IMG/VR virus record: IMGVR_UViG_3300034062_002410
Span: 21,293-85,292 of that record
Length of the DNA: 64,000 nt
Source of the DNA: a virus
Reading direction: 5' to 3' (one strand)
The notes under the pieces were generated by a model. It had not been told where the DNA came from. It saw only the letters and a program-made list of their open reading frames with translations, and ran no database searches. The position numbers and the translations under genes were made by a program. Below are positions 21,803 to 30,447 of this stretch, piece after piece (position 1 is the first letter of the stretch; the number at the start of each line of letters is the position of its first letter).

Positions 21803-22270
21803 TTAAATATCAAATTTATAAAGTTTATAAATTTGAATAATTTTTCCTATATGTTGCCAATAATAAGGTGATTCACCATATCCTTTACAATTTTCAATCC
21901 AATATTTCCAATCTTTACCTACTGCATTACTATAATGATAAGCTAAAAATTCAGCATGGTCTATGTATCCTTCTTCTAATGTATCATATTTTCTAAATGC
22001 TAGGTACTTATTTGCTCTATAAACATCTCCTTTCCAATTTGAAAATGCTACAATACCAAAATGATTATTAGATTGTTTAGCAACATTAGATATACCACCT
22101 CCAGATTCTGCAATTGCTTGAGCTAACTGAATACTTGTAGGAACTCCACATTTATATTGTAAATTCATACATATTACAGGAGCAATAGTAGTATAAAGAT
22201 ATTTTTCATGAACATTTAATTCATTGTAATGCCCTATTGATGTAAACATCATAAATAAAAAGTAAAACAT
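21803..22270 (-). CDS. GH73 glucosaminidase (FlgJ-like peptidoglycan hydrolase)
   Basis: PTSIQLAQAIAESG, NNHFGI, FRKY, DHAEFL, GYGESPYY. Confidence 0.85.
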   Translation of the reverse strand: MFYFLFMMFTSIGHYNELNVHEKYLYTTIAPVICMNLQYKCGVPTSIQLAQAIAESGGGISNVAKQSNNHFGIVAFSNWKGDVYRANKYLAFRKYDTLEEGYIDHAEFLAYHYSNAVGKDWKYWIENCKGYGESPYYWQHIGKIIQIYKLYKFDI

Positions 22271-22354
22271 AATTTATAATTTAATGTGAAAAAAAATGTG
22301 AGTCAATTACTTAACCCACATTATTAACTTACTTAAAACTAAAAAAACCAAAAC

Positions 22355-22774
22355 TTACAAATTATCAAACCAAGATTCATTTTTAATAGTCATAATAAAC
22401 TTTATTATGTCATTAGCATAAATCTCAGCATTACTAACTATTTCTTCTTCTTTGTTATTTATATCCCAATCATTATTAAGTAATGATATATGAATAGTTT
22501 CATGCATAATGCCTGTATAGTCTTTATATGTACCATCTAATCTTGTAGAATTGATAAATACAAATCCTGGGTCACCAAATTTATATTCTCCTGATTTTTT
22601 AGGAATATAATTAGCCATACCATAAATGTATGCTTGTTGACTATTTTCTTTATGTTTTAAAGCATCCTTTTTAGTTAAACCATGTAACTCATCTACTTTA
22701 AAATAGTTAAATAAATCAACAGATTTTTCACCTAAAATAAATAAAAAATCTTTAAACTGTTTTGTGTAAATCAT
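22355..22774 (-). CDS. Putative zinc metallopeptidase (HExxH)
   Basis: IMHETIH...EE. The start is moved to Met40 of the track ORF because the extension overlaps a tRNA-like RNA. Confidence 0.55.
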   Translation of the reverse strand: MIYTKQFKDFLFILGEKSVDLFNYFKVDELHGLTKKDALKHKENSQQAYIYGMANYIPKKSGEYKFGDPGFVFINSTRLDGTYKDYTGIMHETIHISLLNNDWDINNKEEEIVSNAEIYANDIIKFIMTIKNESWFDNL

Positions 22775-22798
22775 ATTAGTTTGTTTTAAGTTAAAAAA

Positions 22799-22877
22799 TA
22801 GTCCTGACAGGATTCGAACCTGTAACTTGTTCTTTCGGTTTATCCTTTCACACACGTTACTATTACGCCACAGGACT
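22799..22877 (-). tRNA. tRNA-like RNA/pseudo-tRNA with non-canonical anticodon arm and no encoded CCA
   Basis: Acceptor AGTCCTG/CAGGACT-A, D-arm GCGT-AATAGTA-ACGT, T-arm ACAGG-TTCGAAT-CCTGT; the 29-nt middle region does not form a 5-bp/7-nt anticodon arm. Confidence 0.7.
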
Positions 22878-22879
22878 AT

Positions 22880-22972
22880 AAAATAAAACATCTTGTTCAG
22901 GGTAGGTAGGAGCCCGTTACCTTTATCTGAACCCTTTTGCCATCATTTTCTTTACAGGTGATGTTTTATTTT
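22880..22972 (-). ncRNA. Candidate structured small RNA immediately upstream of the tRNA-like RNA
   Basis: Closing stem AAAATAAAACATC/GATGTTTTATTTT encloses a GTTCAG/CTGAAC stem in a locally GC-richer intergenic segment. Confidence 0.4.
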
Positions 22973-23217
22973 TTATAGGTTTCATTGTAGTATTGTTCGG
23001 GTTCATTCTCCACATAAGGATGAAAAAACTTATACTGAAATGCATCCATTATCTGCTGCTTTTCCATTTCAAGGGCTTTGTTGAAAAGTTTATTAACATC
23101 TTCTAATGCAACATTATAACCTTCTTGCCATTCAGATATTGTATCGTTTAAGTGAGTTTTATGAATTGTCATATCACTTGTTTTTTCCTTTAACCATTCT
23201 ACTGCTGTCTGTTTCAT
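22966..23217 (-). CDS. Hypothetical protein (MKQTAVEWL-type small phage protein)
   Basis: ORF track; N-terminus KQTAVEWL and C-terminal EQYYNETY pattern seen in Bacteroidota phages. Confidence 0.7.
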   Translation of the reverse strand: MKQTAVEWLKEKTSDMTIHKTHLNDTISEWQEGYNVALEDVNKLFNKALEMEKQQIMDAFQYKFFHPYVENEPEQYYNETYKK

Positions 23218-23510
23218 AAATTATCTTTTTTAAATTGTTCATACAATTCTTGTGTGGTGTAATATTCCATATTTAAACCAATCCATTTATTTCCTGTTGC
23301 TGTTTGAAAATCTTTAATCCTAATCCATTCAGCAAACTCAATAGCATCACTATACATTCTTAGAATGTATAATGCACTATACATTCTTTCAGATTGCCAT
23401 TTAGCACCTTCAATAAATCCTAATTGATAAAATTCTGATTGTTGTCCAAAAGCGTAGTGATGTTTTTCCGATAATCTTTCAGCAGCTTCTTCAAGTGTTT
23501 CTTGTTTCAT
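23214..23510 (-). CDS. Hypothetical protein (MKQETLEEAAE-type)
   Basis: ORF track; ETLEEAA...FIEGAKWQ pattern. Confidence 0.7.
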   Translation of the reverse strand: MKQETLEEAAERLSEKHHYAFGQQSEFYQLGFIEGAKWQSERMYSALYILRMYSDAIEFAEWIRIKDFQTATGNKWIGLNMEYYTTQELYEQFKKDNL

Positions 23511-23520
23511 ATTATTTTAT

Positions 23521-24384
23521 TTAAAAAATGTAACGAATTTTATTCCAAGGTATTATCTCATCATGTAGTTTTACAAAATCAGATATGTATCTATTCTTTA
23601 ACTGCCATTTATATCTAATGTTTTTAGAACCATAAGATGATACTTTATCTTCTTGTACTTCAGGATTCCATAACAATTCTTCTACTTTAGGATTATGTTC
23701 TAAATTATATTCATGCATACTTTTATTATGAGTTAGCATAATACATTCTGCAAGTATATCATTTTTAATTTTATCATCCACATAGTAATCAATCTTTTTA
23801 AACAAATCTTCATATAAAAATTTAGCTCCAGGAATAATTATAATAGGACTAAAATTAATATGAACATCATAACCTGCATAGTAGAAATCATTTATAGCTT
23901 CAATTCTTTCTGAAATTAATGAAGTGTTTGGTTCTAATATATCTGAAAGTTTTTGTGGCATTAGTGAAAATCTAATCCTAATCTTTTTATCAGGATTGTA
24001 ATCTAACAACTTATCATTTACATATTTAGTTGCAAATGTACCCATTATAGGTAAATCAGATTGAGTAAAGAAATCAAATATCTTTTCCCAATCGTGGTAC
24101 TTAGCATGTAGTGCAAAATCTTCATTACAAGAAATATCATAAGTCCATAAATCTTCATGTGTTTGATTAGGTATTTTAACACCTAATCTTTGAGCATGAT
24201 TATATACAGTCTGTAATATTTCATCAGTATTTGTAGCTATTGATATACCTTCAGGCTTATTTCTTCTCATATAACAATAACCACATTTAAATAAACAACC
24301 ATGAATAAAAGAAGGAGTAATGTAATCACTACTCCTTCCTGATGGTTTTATATCTAATGCTTTTCTAACTGTTTGAGTTATCAT
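23521..24384 (-). CDS. Spore photoproduct lyase-family radical SAM protein
   Basis: CLFKCGYC (CxxxCxxC), DISCNED (SplB second-Cys-like), ATK, RIRFSL, LEPNTS...ERIEA, INFSPII. Confidence 0.8.
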   Translation of the reverse strand: MITQTVRKALDIKPSGRSSDYITPSFIHGCLFKCGYCYMRRNKPEGISIATNTDEILQTVYNHAQRLGVKIPNQTHEDLWTYDISCNEDFALHAKYHDWEKIFDFFTQSDLPIMGTFATKYVNDKLLDYNPDKKIRIRFSLMPQKLSDILEPNTSLISERIEAINDFYYAGYDVHINFSPIIIIPGAKFLYEDLFKKIDYYVDDKIKNDILAECIMLTHNKSMHEYNLEHNPKVEELLWNPEVQEDKVSSYGSKNIRYKWQLKNRYISDFVKLHDEIIPWNKIRYIF

Positions 24385-24398
24385 ATTAGTTTTTAAAA

Positions 24399-24872
24399 TT
24401 AGTAAATATACTCACCTACCCATTGAGATTTAACTAAAACTCCATTTTGAATATGTGTATCTTTAGCTTCAAGACTAAATCCAATAGGCATTTTTGGTTG
24501 TTGGAGGGATTGTATGATATGGTCTTGTGTGTATCTAAATTCATCATACCCATCCTCTTCTATCAATTTATTAAATTCTCTTGCCATTTTAATAGCCTTC
24601 ATAATATCCTCCTCTGTGTATTGAAATTCATCAAAACCTATTGGTTCAAGTGGTGGTAGCAAATCAACACCTTCAAGTGTAGGTGCATTATTGAGTGGTA
24701 AATGTGCAACTATATTTTTACAACCTTTACAAATATCATACTTAGTAGATTCATCTGTAAATCTTGCTTCTAATGGATATTCAGGATAAGTACAAGTGTG
24801 CCAGCTTCCTAACTCAATTTTTGAATCATCTACAATTAGTAAATAATTGGGTGTTTTAATTATATTATGCAT
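24399..24872 (-). CDS. Hypothetical protein
   Basis: ORF track; internal duplication DEFQYTEED / DEFRYTQD. Confidence 0.65.
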   Translation of the reverse strand: MHNIIKTPNYLLIVDDSKIELGSWHTCTYPEYPLEARFTDESTKYDICKGCKNIVAHLPLNNAPTLEGVDLLPPLEPIGFDEFQYTEEDIMKAIKMAREFNKLIEEDGYDEFRYTQDHIIQSLQQPKMPIGFSLEAKDTHIQNGVLVKSQWVGEYIY

Positions 24873-25060
24873 ACTCTATTAAATGAAATGTTATTTAATA
24901 CTTTTACATCTTTGTTTTGCCATTCCCATATTTCACCAGTATCTTGTATAACAGTAAAGAGTTTAGATGTTTCAGTACCATATTCTGTTACTAACCATAT
25001 AAACCCTTTACCTTCAGGTGTAAGCACCTCTATTCTGTTTTGTGGTTCAAATATTGTCAT
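24860..25060 (-). CDS. Hypothetical protein
   Basis: ORF track; tightly packed in the operon. Confidence 0.65.
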   Translation of the reverse strand: MTIFEPQNRIEVLTPEGKGFIWLVTEYGTETSKLFTVIQDTGEIWEWQNKDVKVLNNISFNRVCII

Positions 25061-25257
25061 TAGTCTTCTTCGTGTTCTTCTATCTTATTTAAACAATATT
25101 CTTTTGTAGCAAGATATCCTTCTCTTTTTTGCTTAAGATATTGGATAGTTTCAAATGACATATTTAGTTCTGTTTTTAACAATGTAAAATCAATAAACTC
25201 AATAAGTCCTTTTGCTCTTTCAAGTTGTCTATAATAATGCTCTCTCATTGCTTTCAT
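25060..25257 (-). CDS. Hypothetical protein
   Basis: ORF track; stop overlaps the next start. Confidence 0.6.
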   Translation of the reverse strand: MKAMREHYYRQLERAKGLIEFIDFTLLKTELNMSFETIQYLKQKREGYLATKEYCLNKIEEHEED

Positions 25258-25268
25258 TTTTATTAGGT

Positions 25269-25847
25269 TTAAACATCATATTTATATAATTTATACTGCT
25301 TGATTATACTAATTAAGCATTTAGCATAATGTGGAGCAGTAGCATATCCACATTTTTTAAGTTGTCTTGCCCAACACTCATAATCTCTGTTACATTTTCT
25401 ACAAGGTTTATATCTTTGTAACATTAACAATTTAGAATGGTCACGATAACTCCACCAAGCAGATTTATATACTACAAACTTATCTGTGGGAGAATCATCA
25501 GCATATATTGCATACTTTTCTTTTCTACCTTTAATCCATTTCATTCCAAAATGATTATTGCATTTTGCTGATAAGCTACTTTGACCTGCATTAGATTCTA
25601 AAATACCTTGAGCTAAAGTAATAGATGCAGGAATACCATATAATTTTTGTTCTTTAATAGCAACTCTTTTATATTTTTCAATATATTGATTTACTAATTC
25701 TACTTTGGTAATTTTACTTTTCTTAGCTAACTCTTGTTTCTCTTTCTTAGTGAAACCATTACCTGTTGCTGTTGCAGGATTTGCAGCTCTTTTAAAGCTA
25801 AATGAAATAAATCCTACTATAAGGATTAAAATTAATACTTTTTTCAT
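25269..25847 (-). CDS. Second GH73 glucosaminidase, with N-terminal signal peptide/anchor
   Basis: MKKVLILILIVGFISFSF; GIPASITLAQGILES, NNHFG, DHS, GYATAPHY. Confidence 0.9.
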   Translation of the reverse strand: MKKVLILILIVGFISFSFKRAANPATATGNGFTKKEKQELAKKSKITKVELVNQYIEKYKRVAIKEQKLYGIPASITLAQGILESNAGQSSLSAKCNNHFGMKWIKGRKEKYAIYADDSPTDKFVVYKSAWWSYRDHSKLLMLQRYKPCRKCNRDYECWARQLKKCGYATAPHYAKCLISIIKQYKLYKYDV

Positions 25848-25867
25848 ACTTTCTAATTTTTTAGTTT

Positions 25868-26125
25868 TTAAATTAATTGACTTTTAAGGTAAATATTAAA
25901 TTGCATATCTACCTCTACTTCCCATTCACTATTGTCATTATCTTCTAAAATATGTAAATCTATATTGTTAATTTCTAATAACTTAAGATTTTCAGCCTCT
26001 TCTAATTTCTTAGTTGCTGCTAATATTGACATAGTGTAAGTGACAGACTTTTCATCTTCTGTTACTATTTTTGATGCACCATCAGTTAAAACGTAAAAAT
26101 CACTAATCTTTAATAATTTGAACAT
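25868..26125 (-). CDS. Hypothetical protein
   Basis: ORF track. Confidence 0.6.
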   Translation of the reverse strand: MFKLLKISDFYVLTDGASKIVTEDEKSVTYTMSILAATKKLEEAENLKLLEINNIDLHILEDNDNSEWEVEVDMQFNIYLKSQLI

Positions 26126-26142
26126 AGTTTTAGATTTTAAAA

Positions 26143-26166
26143 CAAAAGGGTATTTCTACCCTTTTG
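26143..26166 (-). terminator. Intrinsic terminator
   Basis: CAAAAGGGTA-TTTC-TACCCTTTTG (GAAA loop on the minus strand). Confidence 0.7.
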
Positions 26167-26178
26167 TGTGTTACAAAA

Positions 26179-26745
26179 TTATAAATCAATAAAAAATTCT
26201 TTTTCATCAATATTGGGTGGTAATTCTAATTCAGCTTCTTCTTTTAATTCTTCAACTTTTAAGTCAGATTTAAAATATTCATTTATTTTTTTAACAAACT
26301 TTATCTTATAGTTATTATCTTTTACTATTATTGCCTTATCATCATCTGTTAGAGAATCAAGAATTTCTTCATCATTATACATTTTACTATACTTACCTGA
26401 TAAAAACATATTAAGGTCTATAATATTAGGTAATCTGATTACAATCATGTGTAGTCTACCATTTAGTAAATTATCTACTGCATAATCATTTTCATAGTAT
26501 TCTTGTTCTCTTACCCATTCAATAACTTCTATAAATTTATTAGTGCATTTCTTAGTATCTATAAGTATGAATATATGTTTTTTATATTCTTCATTAATAT
26601 AATTGTCACTTATACCATAGGCTAATTTAAATACACTACTTAATTTTTTAACACATTCCTCACCATAATATCTTAAACAAGGTTTTACAAATCTTGCTGT
26701 TTTATTTATAGTGATTTTGCCAAGCTGAATTTTTATCCCTTCCAT
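26179..26745 (-). CDS. Hypothetical protein
   Basis: ORF track. Confidence 0.7.
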   Translation of the reverse strand: MEGIKIQLGKITINKTARFVKPCLRYYGEECVKKLSSVFKLAYGISDNYINEEYKKHIFILIDTKKCTNKFIEVIEWVREQEYYENDYAVDNLLNGRLHMIVIRLPNIIDLNMFLSGKYSKMYNDEEILDSLTDDDKAIIVKDNNYKIKFVKKINEYFKSDLKVEELKEEAELELPPNIDEKEFFIDL

Positions 26746-26750
26746 GTAGT

Positions 26751-27809
26751 TTAACTTCTTTGGTAATCTGAATCAATAGTAAATATACCATTGTGAATTT
26801 CTATTTCATAATCTTTATCCCAGCCATTTTCTTCTTGCCATTTATAGATTTGTAATAGATTTTTCCAACCATACATTTTTATTACTGATTCTTGTGTCCC
26901 ACTAGCATCATTAACATAGTATTGCCTTATTTTAGATGAGCCATATTTACCTGCATTTATAAACTCATTAGTAGTGTTAAATACAATTGGGTCACATTGT
27001 TTAGTAGTAGAAGCAACAATAAATTTAAAATTATCAACTTGATAATCTTTAAGGTTATCATCTCTCCATTTTTCTAAACCTTGTAAGTACCAAGATGCTT
27101 GTATATCATATCTTCTTCTAAGGCATTGATAATCAAAGAATTTAGTATAATCTCCAATAGTTTTAATATCTATTGGTGTTATAGTTTTAGTTTGAAAATC
27201 AACAATTACCATATCTAATAATGCTTTACATTCTACATTATTTTCTGTAAAATAAATAGGTAACTGATAGTAAATATTTATATGCTCCTTTGCTATAAAG
27301 TAGTCTTTAGTAAATCTGTGTTCTAATAATTGACTTACAATACTATCTATCTTAAGTATTTGTTCTTTATCTAACACAATTTTACCTTCACTCTGTAATA
27401 GTTCATTCCAATAACTTTCACCTTCTACTGAAACTTTAGTAATCTTAGTGTCAGGTTTCCAATTTGGTTGATAGTTATGTGCTTCAATTGCAGCTAATAG
27501 ATTATTATCAAAGAAATTATCTGATTCTCTGGATTGAAATACCTGTTGTACTATTGACATAATAGTATCACTTGGTTTTACAATGTCAGAAACATAATAA
27601 TTCTCATCAAAATAATCTTCTCCCATAGTAATAAAATCATCTACTGCTTTACCAATCAAGAAATGTTCTTTTTCTTCAAAGAATAAATCAGGTTCCTTAA
27701 CTTCTTGAAATGCTTGTGCACTTATACTTAGAAGTTTTAACTTACTCTGATTCATTGCAGGTGAATTTATATACTCCTGTATTTGTTCTTTACTACTTCT
27801 TATTATCAT
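26751..27809 (-). CDS. PD-(D/E)XK exonuclease (RecE/exonuclease VIII-like)
   Basis: SKLK, GKAVD, CKALLD...IDIKT, YDIQASWY. Confidence 0.85.
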   Translation of the reverse strand: MIIRSSKEQIQEYINSPAMNQSKLKLLSISAQAFQEVKEPDLFFEEKEHFLIGKAVDDFITMGEDYFDENYYVSDIVKPSDTIMSIVQQVFQSRESDNFFDNNLLAAIEAHNYQPNWKPDTKITKVSVEGESYWNELLQSEGKIVLDKEQILKIDSIVSQLLEHRFTKDYFIAKEHINIYYQLPIYFTENNVECKALLDMVIVDFQTKTITPIDIKTIGDYTKFFDYQCLRRRYDIQASWYLQGLEKWRDDNLKDYQVDNFKFIVASTTKQCDPIVFNTTNEFINAGKYGSSKIRQYYVNDASGTQESVIKMYGWKNLLQIYKWQEENGWDKDYEIEIHNGIFTIDSDYQRS

Positions 27810-28161
27810 AAACTAATTTTAATAATGTGAAAAAATCCTCAAAAGTCATAGTTACCAATGAACTATAATCATCCCTTTTCTTTCCTGGTTTACCTTGCTT
27901 ATGATGTATAAGCACTTTAGGAAATTGTTCTGAAAGTTTAGGAAGCTTAGTATCAATGTTCTTTAAGACCTCTTCAGGTTTCATTCCTTTATGTACTCCT
28001 GCTTTAATTTGTACAAGTAAAGGAATATTTGCTAAATCTACTCCACCATCATCTAACATTCTTGATGCATATCTGCTTGTTTGACAATCAGGGAATAATT
28101 CCTTAAACTTTTGGGCATAAAACCTTTCAGCGTTATGCCCTTTGTTTCTATTTTGATTCAT
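27793..28161 (-). CDS. Hjc-type Holliday junction resolvase-like nuclease
   Basis: RNKGHNAER, GVDL, VQIK motifs. Confidence 0.7.
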   Translation of the reverse strand: MNQNRNKGHNAERFYAQKFKELFPDCQTSRYASRMLDDGGVDLANIPLLVQIKAGVHKGMKPEEVLKNIDTKLPKLSEQFPKVLIHHKQGKPGKKRDDYSSLVTMTFEDFFTLLKLVYDNKK

Positions 28162-28636
28162 TAATAACTAGTTGTAATTTATCCTGTGATACAATGTAGG
28201 TGTCAACATACTTACTCAAAGATAAGAGATAATTCATAATTTTAGAATACTTTTTATCAGCTACATATTTCTTATCAATATATAATGCTAAACAAGAATT
28301 TCTATAATACTGATACTCTCTTAACTTGATAAAATATTGCTTCTTGTGTTTATTAACTACTTGAGCTACTATATTTAATGTTAAAGAATCAACTATAATG
28401 CCTTTAGTAATAAACAAATCTTCTTTTGGTAAATAAGCTACTTTAGGAGTAGTTGTAAAAAATGCTGTTAATACTTTATCAGTAGATGTTTTATTAGCTT
28501 TTACTAAATAAATAGTTGTGCCATTATTTCCATTAATGTTATTTGCACTACTAAAAAACTTATCTATATAAATTGTACTACCACTTACATAAGTATCATA
28601 TCTTGGAAATATAACATTGAAATCATCGTGCTTCAT
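28148..28636 (-). CDS. Hypothetical protein overlapping the E1 gene end
   Basis: ORF track; 14-nt overlaps on both sides. Confidence 0.65.
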   Translation of the reverse strand: MKHDDFNVIFPRYDTYVSGSTIYIDKFFSSANNINGNNGTTIYLVKANKTSTDKVLTAFFTTTPKVAYLPKEDLFITKGIIVDSLTLNIVAQVVNKHKKQYFIKLREYQYYRNSCLALYIDKKYVADKKYSKIMNYLLSLSKYVDTYIVSQDKLQLVINESK

Positions 28637-29381
28637 AATTTTCAGTTAGTTTATTGAATGGTATAATGTAATCCCACATATAAGGAATCTTGAATACATT
28701 ATCATCCCACTCTGTAACATTAGAAATAATGTTTGTGACAAAACCTGTAATATGAGTAGCAATCATAGCTGCACCATGAGATACTTGTTTCATTGTACAC
28801 ATTAAATCTTCAACATCTGAATCTGCAAATAAATGATTATCAATATAATCCATATGAAACTGTTGATTATCACCAGGAATACAATAAATTCTCATTTGTT
28901 CCATCAATAATCTACCATCTACAAACCAAATTTTATCTGGAGTTACAGAAGAATATTCATTGTTACAAACAGCAAGAAACTTTTCAAATAATAATTTTCT
29001 AGCTTCCATATTGTCAAATGCAGAAATAATTATGATTGGAGATTCTCTACTTGCATAACCTCCTCTGGTATTAATCAAATTATATAGATTAGTTTCTTGA
29101 ACAAGTTTCTCATTTCTATATGTAAATGAATAATCATTATCGTTAAATAAAGCAATAGTATTATGCAAAGCAATAACTTTAGATTCACCTATATCCTGAT
29201 GTAAAAACATTTGTCCACCAAGATTATGTTCTTCTACTAAGTCATAATCTACACTTAATACATTAAAACCTGCTCTTGTTAAAAAGAAACTTGTCCAAGA
29301 ACCTATACCACCTGCACCAAATACTAATATTCTTGCTGGCTTGTTATACCACAATGCATCTTTGAACCTATCTTTACTCAT
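28623..29381 (-). CDS. ThiF/E1-family ubiquitin-like activating enzyme
   Basis: DRF, VFGAGGIGS, DYDLVEEHNLGGQ, K, AFDNMEAR, VDGR, candidate catalytic Cys in LMCTMKQ. Confidence 0.9.
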   Translation of the reverse strand: MSKDRFKDALWYNKPARILVFGAGGIGSWTSFFLTRAGFNVLSVDYDLVEEHNLGGQMFLHQDIGESKVIALHNTIALFNDNDYSFTYRNEKLVQETNLYNLINTRGGYASRESPIIIISAFDNMEARKLLFEKFLAVCNNEYSSVTPDKIWFVDGRLLMEQMRIYCIPGDNQQFHMDYIDNHLFADSDVEDLMCTMKQVSHGAAMIATHITGFVTNIISNVTEWDDNVFKIPYMWDYIIPFNKLTENYEAR

Positions 29382-29382
29382 A

Positions 29383-30447
29383 TTACAATGTGTTTTCTTC
29401 TGTTAACAATTCTATCAATTCACTCAACACAACAAATTCATCAGCACTAAATATTAACTCCTCAATAAACTCTTCCCAAGTATCATCTAATTCAGATTTA
29501 AGAATAAATGGTTTTCCATAATACTCACCCATCCATTTCTTAAAATTAGATTTTATAGAAGCAGCATAATCATGTAGATTAAAATCTTGAAATTGAGTTA
29601 CTGAATTTTCTAAATCTTCTAATGCTTGTTCTAAATTATCATTTGGAACATCCATACCTAATCTTAGAATTTTACAAAACAATGGTTCTGATGCATTAAA
29701 CAAACTAACTCCTTCAGAAGGCATTGCACTTGTATCTTGCCACCAAGTAGCTTCATCAAATAACTCTGTCTGAGTATATTTAGAATTAGATTTAGGTTTA
29801 TAAAATTCAATCTTTGGAACAGGTTTAGGCTTGTTAATAGCTGTAAACTGATTTAAGAATGTTTCATCTACATTCCAAGTAGTTTCAGGTAGAACTATTT
29901 TACAATTATAATTACCTACATATTCATCTTCTTCTGTTGATGATAATGTAGTTATAGAATTATCAATATTTTGAAACTCAAATGTTGTAGGTGTAACTGT
30001 TTTAATTCTAAATGCAATCTTTGCAGAAAACTCATGTCTATTATTTACAATAATACTTAGATAAGGCTTAATGTGTTCAGAGTTTTCTACAACTTCATCT
30101 GTATCTGTACCTGAAAAGAATGTTTTCATGTTGTGATGTGAATGAAGATGTCCTATCTTTAAATGAAAATAATCTTTTTCCATCATATAAGATAATACTC
30201 TTTGGTCAAAAGAATACTCAGTAAATCCTGCACTACCTTTATCTAATGGAATCATATCCTCCACTTTAATATAGACAGTTTCAGGTTTTGCAAGGTCACC
30301 TTCAATTGAATAAAATGTACAACCACTCCATTCTACTTCATTGATGTAAGAACATAAGTATTGTATCTTTTCCCAAACTAAATGGGATAATTTTACAGGA
30401 ATTATGTACTCAAAATCATACAGTTTCAACTTTTTTATATTTTTCAT
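29383..30447 (-). CDS. JAB/MPN+ (JAMM) metallo-isopeptidase
   Basis: EWSG catalytic Glu, HLHSHHNMKTFFSGTD (HxH-x10-D), SIIVN. Confidence 0.88.
   Translation of the reverse strand: MKNIKKLKLYDFEYIIPVKLSHLVWEKIQYLCSYINEVEWSGCTFYSIEGDLAKPETVYIKVEDMIPLDKGSAGFTEYSFDQRVLSYMMEKDYFHLKIGHLHSHHNMKTFFSGTDTDEVVENSEHIKPYLSIIVNNRHEFSAKIAFRIKTVTPTTFEFQNIDNSITTLSSTEEDEYVGNYNCKIVLPETTWNVDETFLNQFTAINKPKPVPKIEFYKPKSNSKYTQTELFDEATWWQDTSAMPSEGVSLFNASEPLFCKILRLGMDVPNDNLEQALEDLENSVTQFQDFNLHDYAASIKSNFKKWMGEYYGKPFILKSELDDTWEEFIEELIFSADEFVVLSELIELLTEENTL

Noticed and set aside
22775-22891. N-terminal 39 aa of the 178-aa ORF
   Set aside because: It is a translation of the tRNA-like RNA; Met40 has a typical A-rich leader
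28623-29381. ThiF as a thiamine/molybdopterin biosynthesis gene
   Set aside because: No thiG/moaE-type partners; the neighbours are JAB, E2-like and Ubl genes
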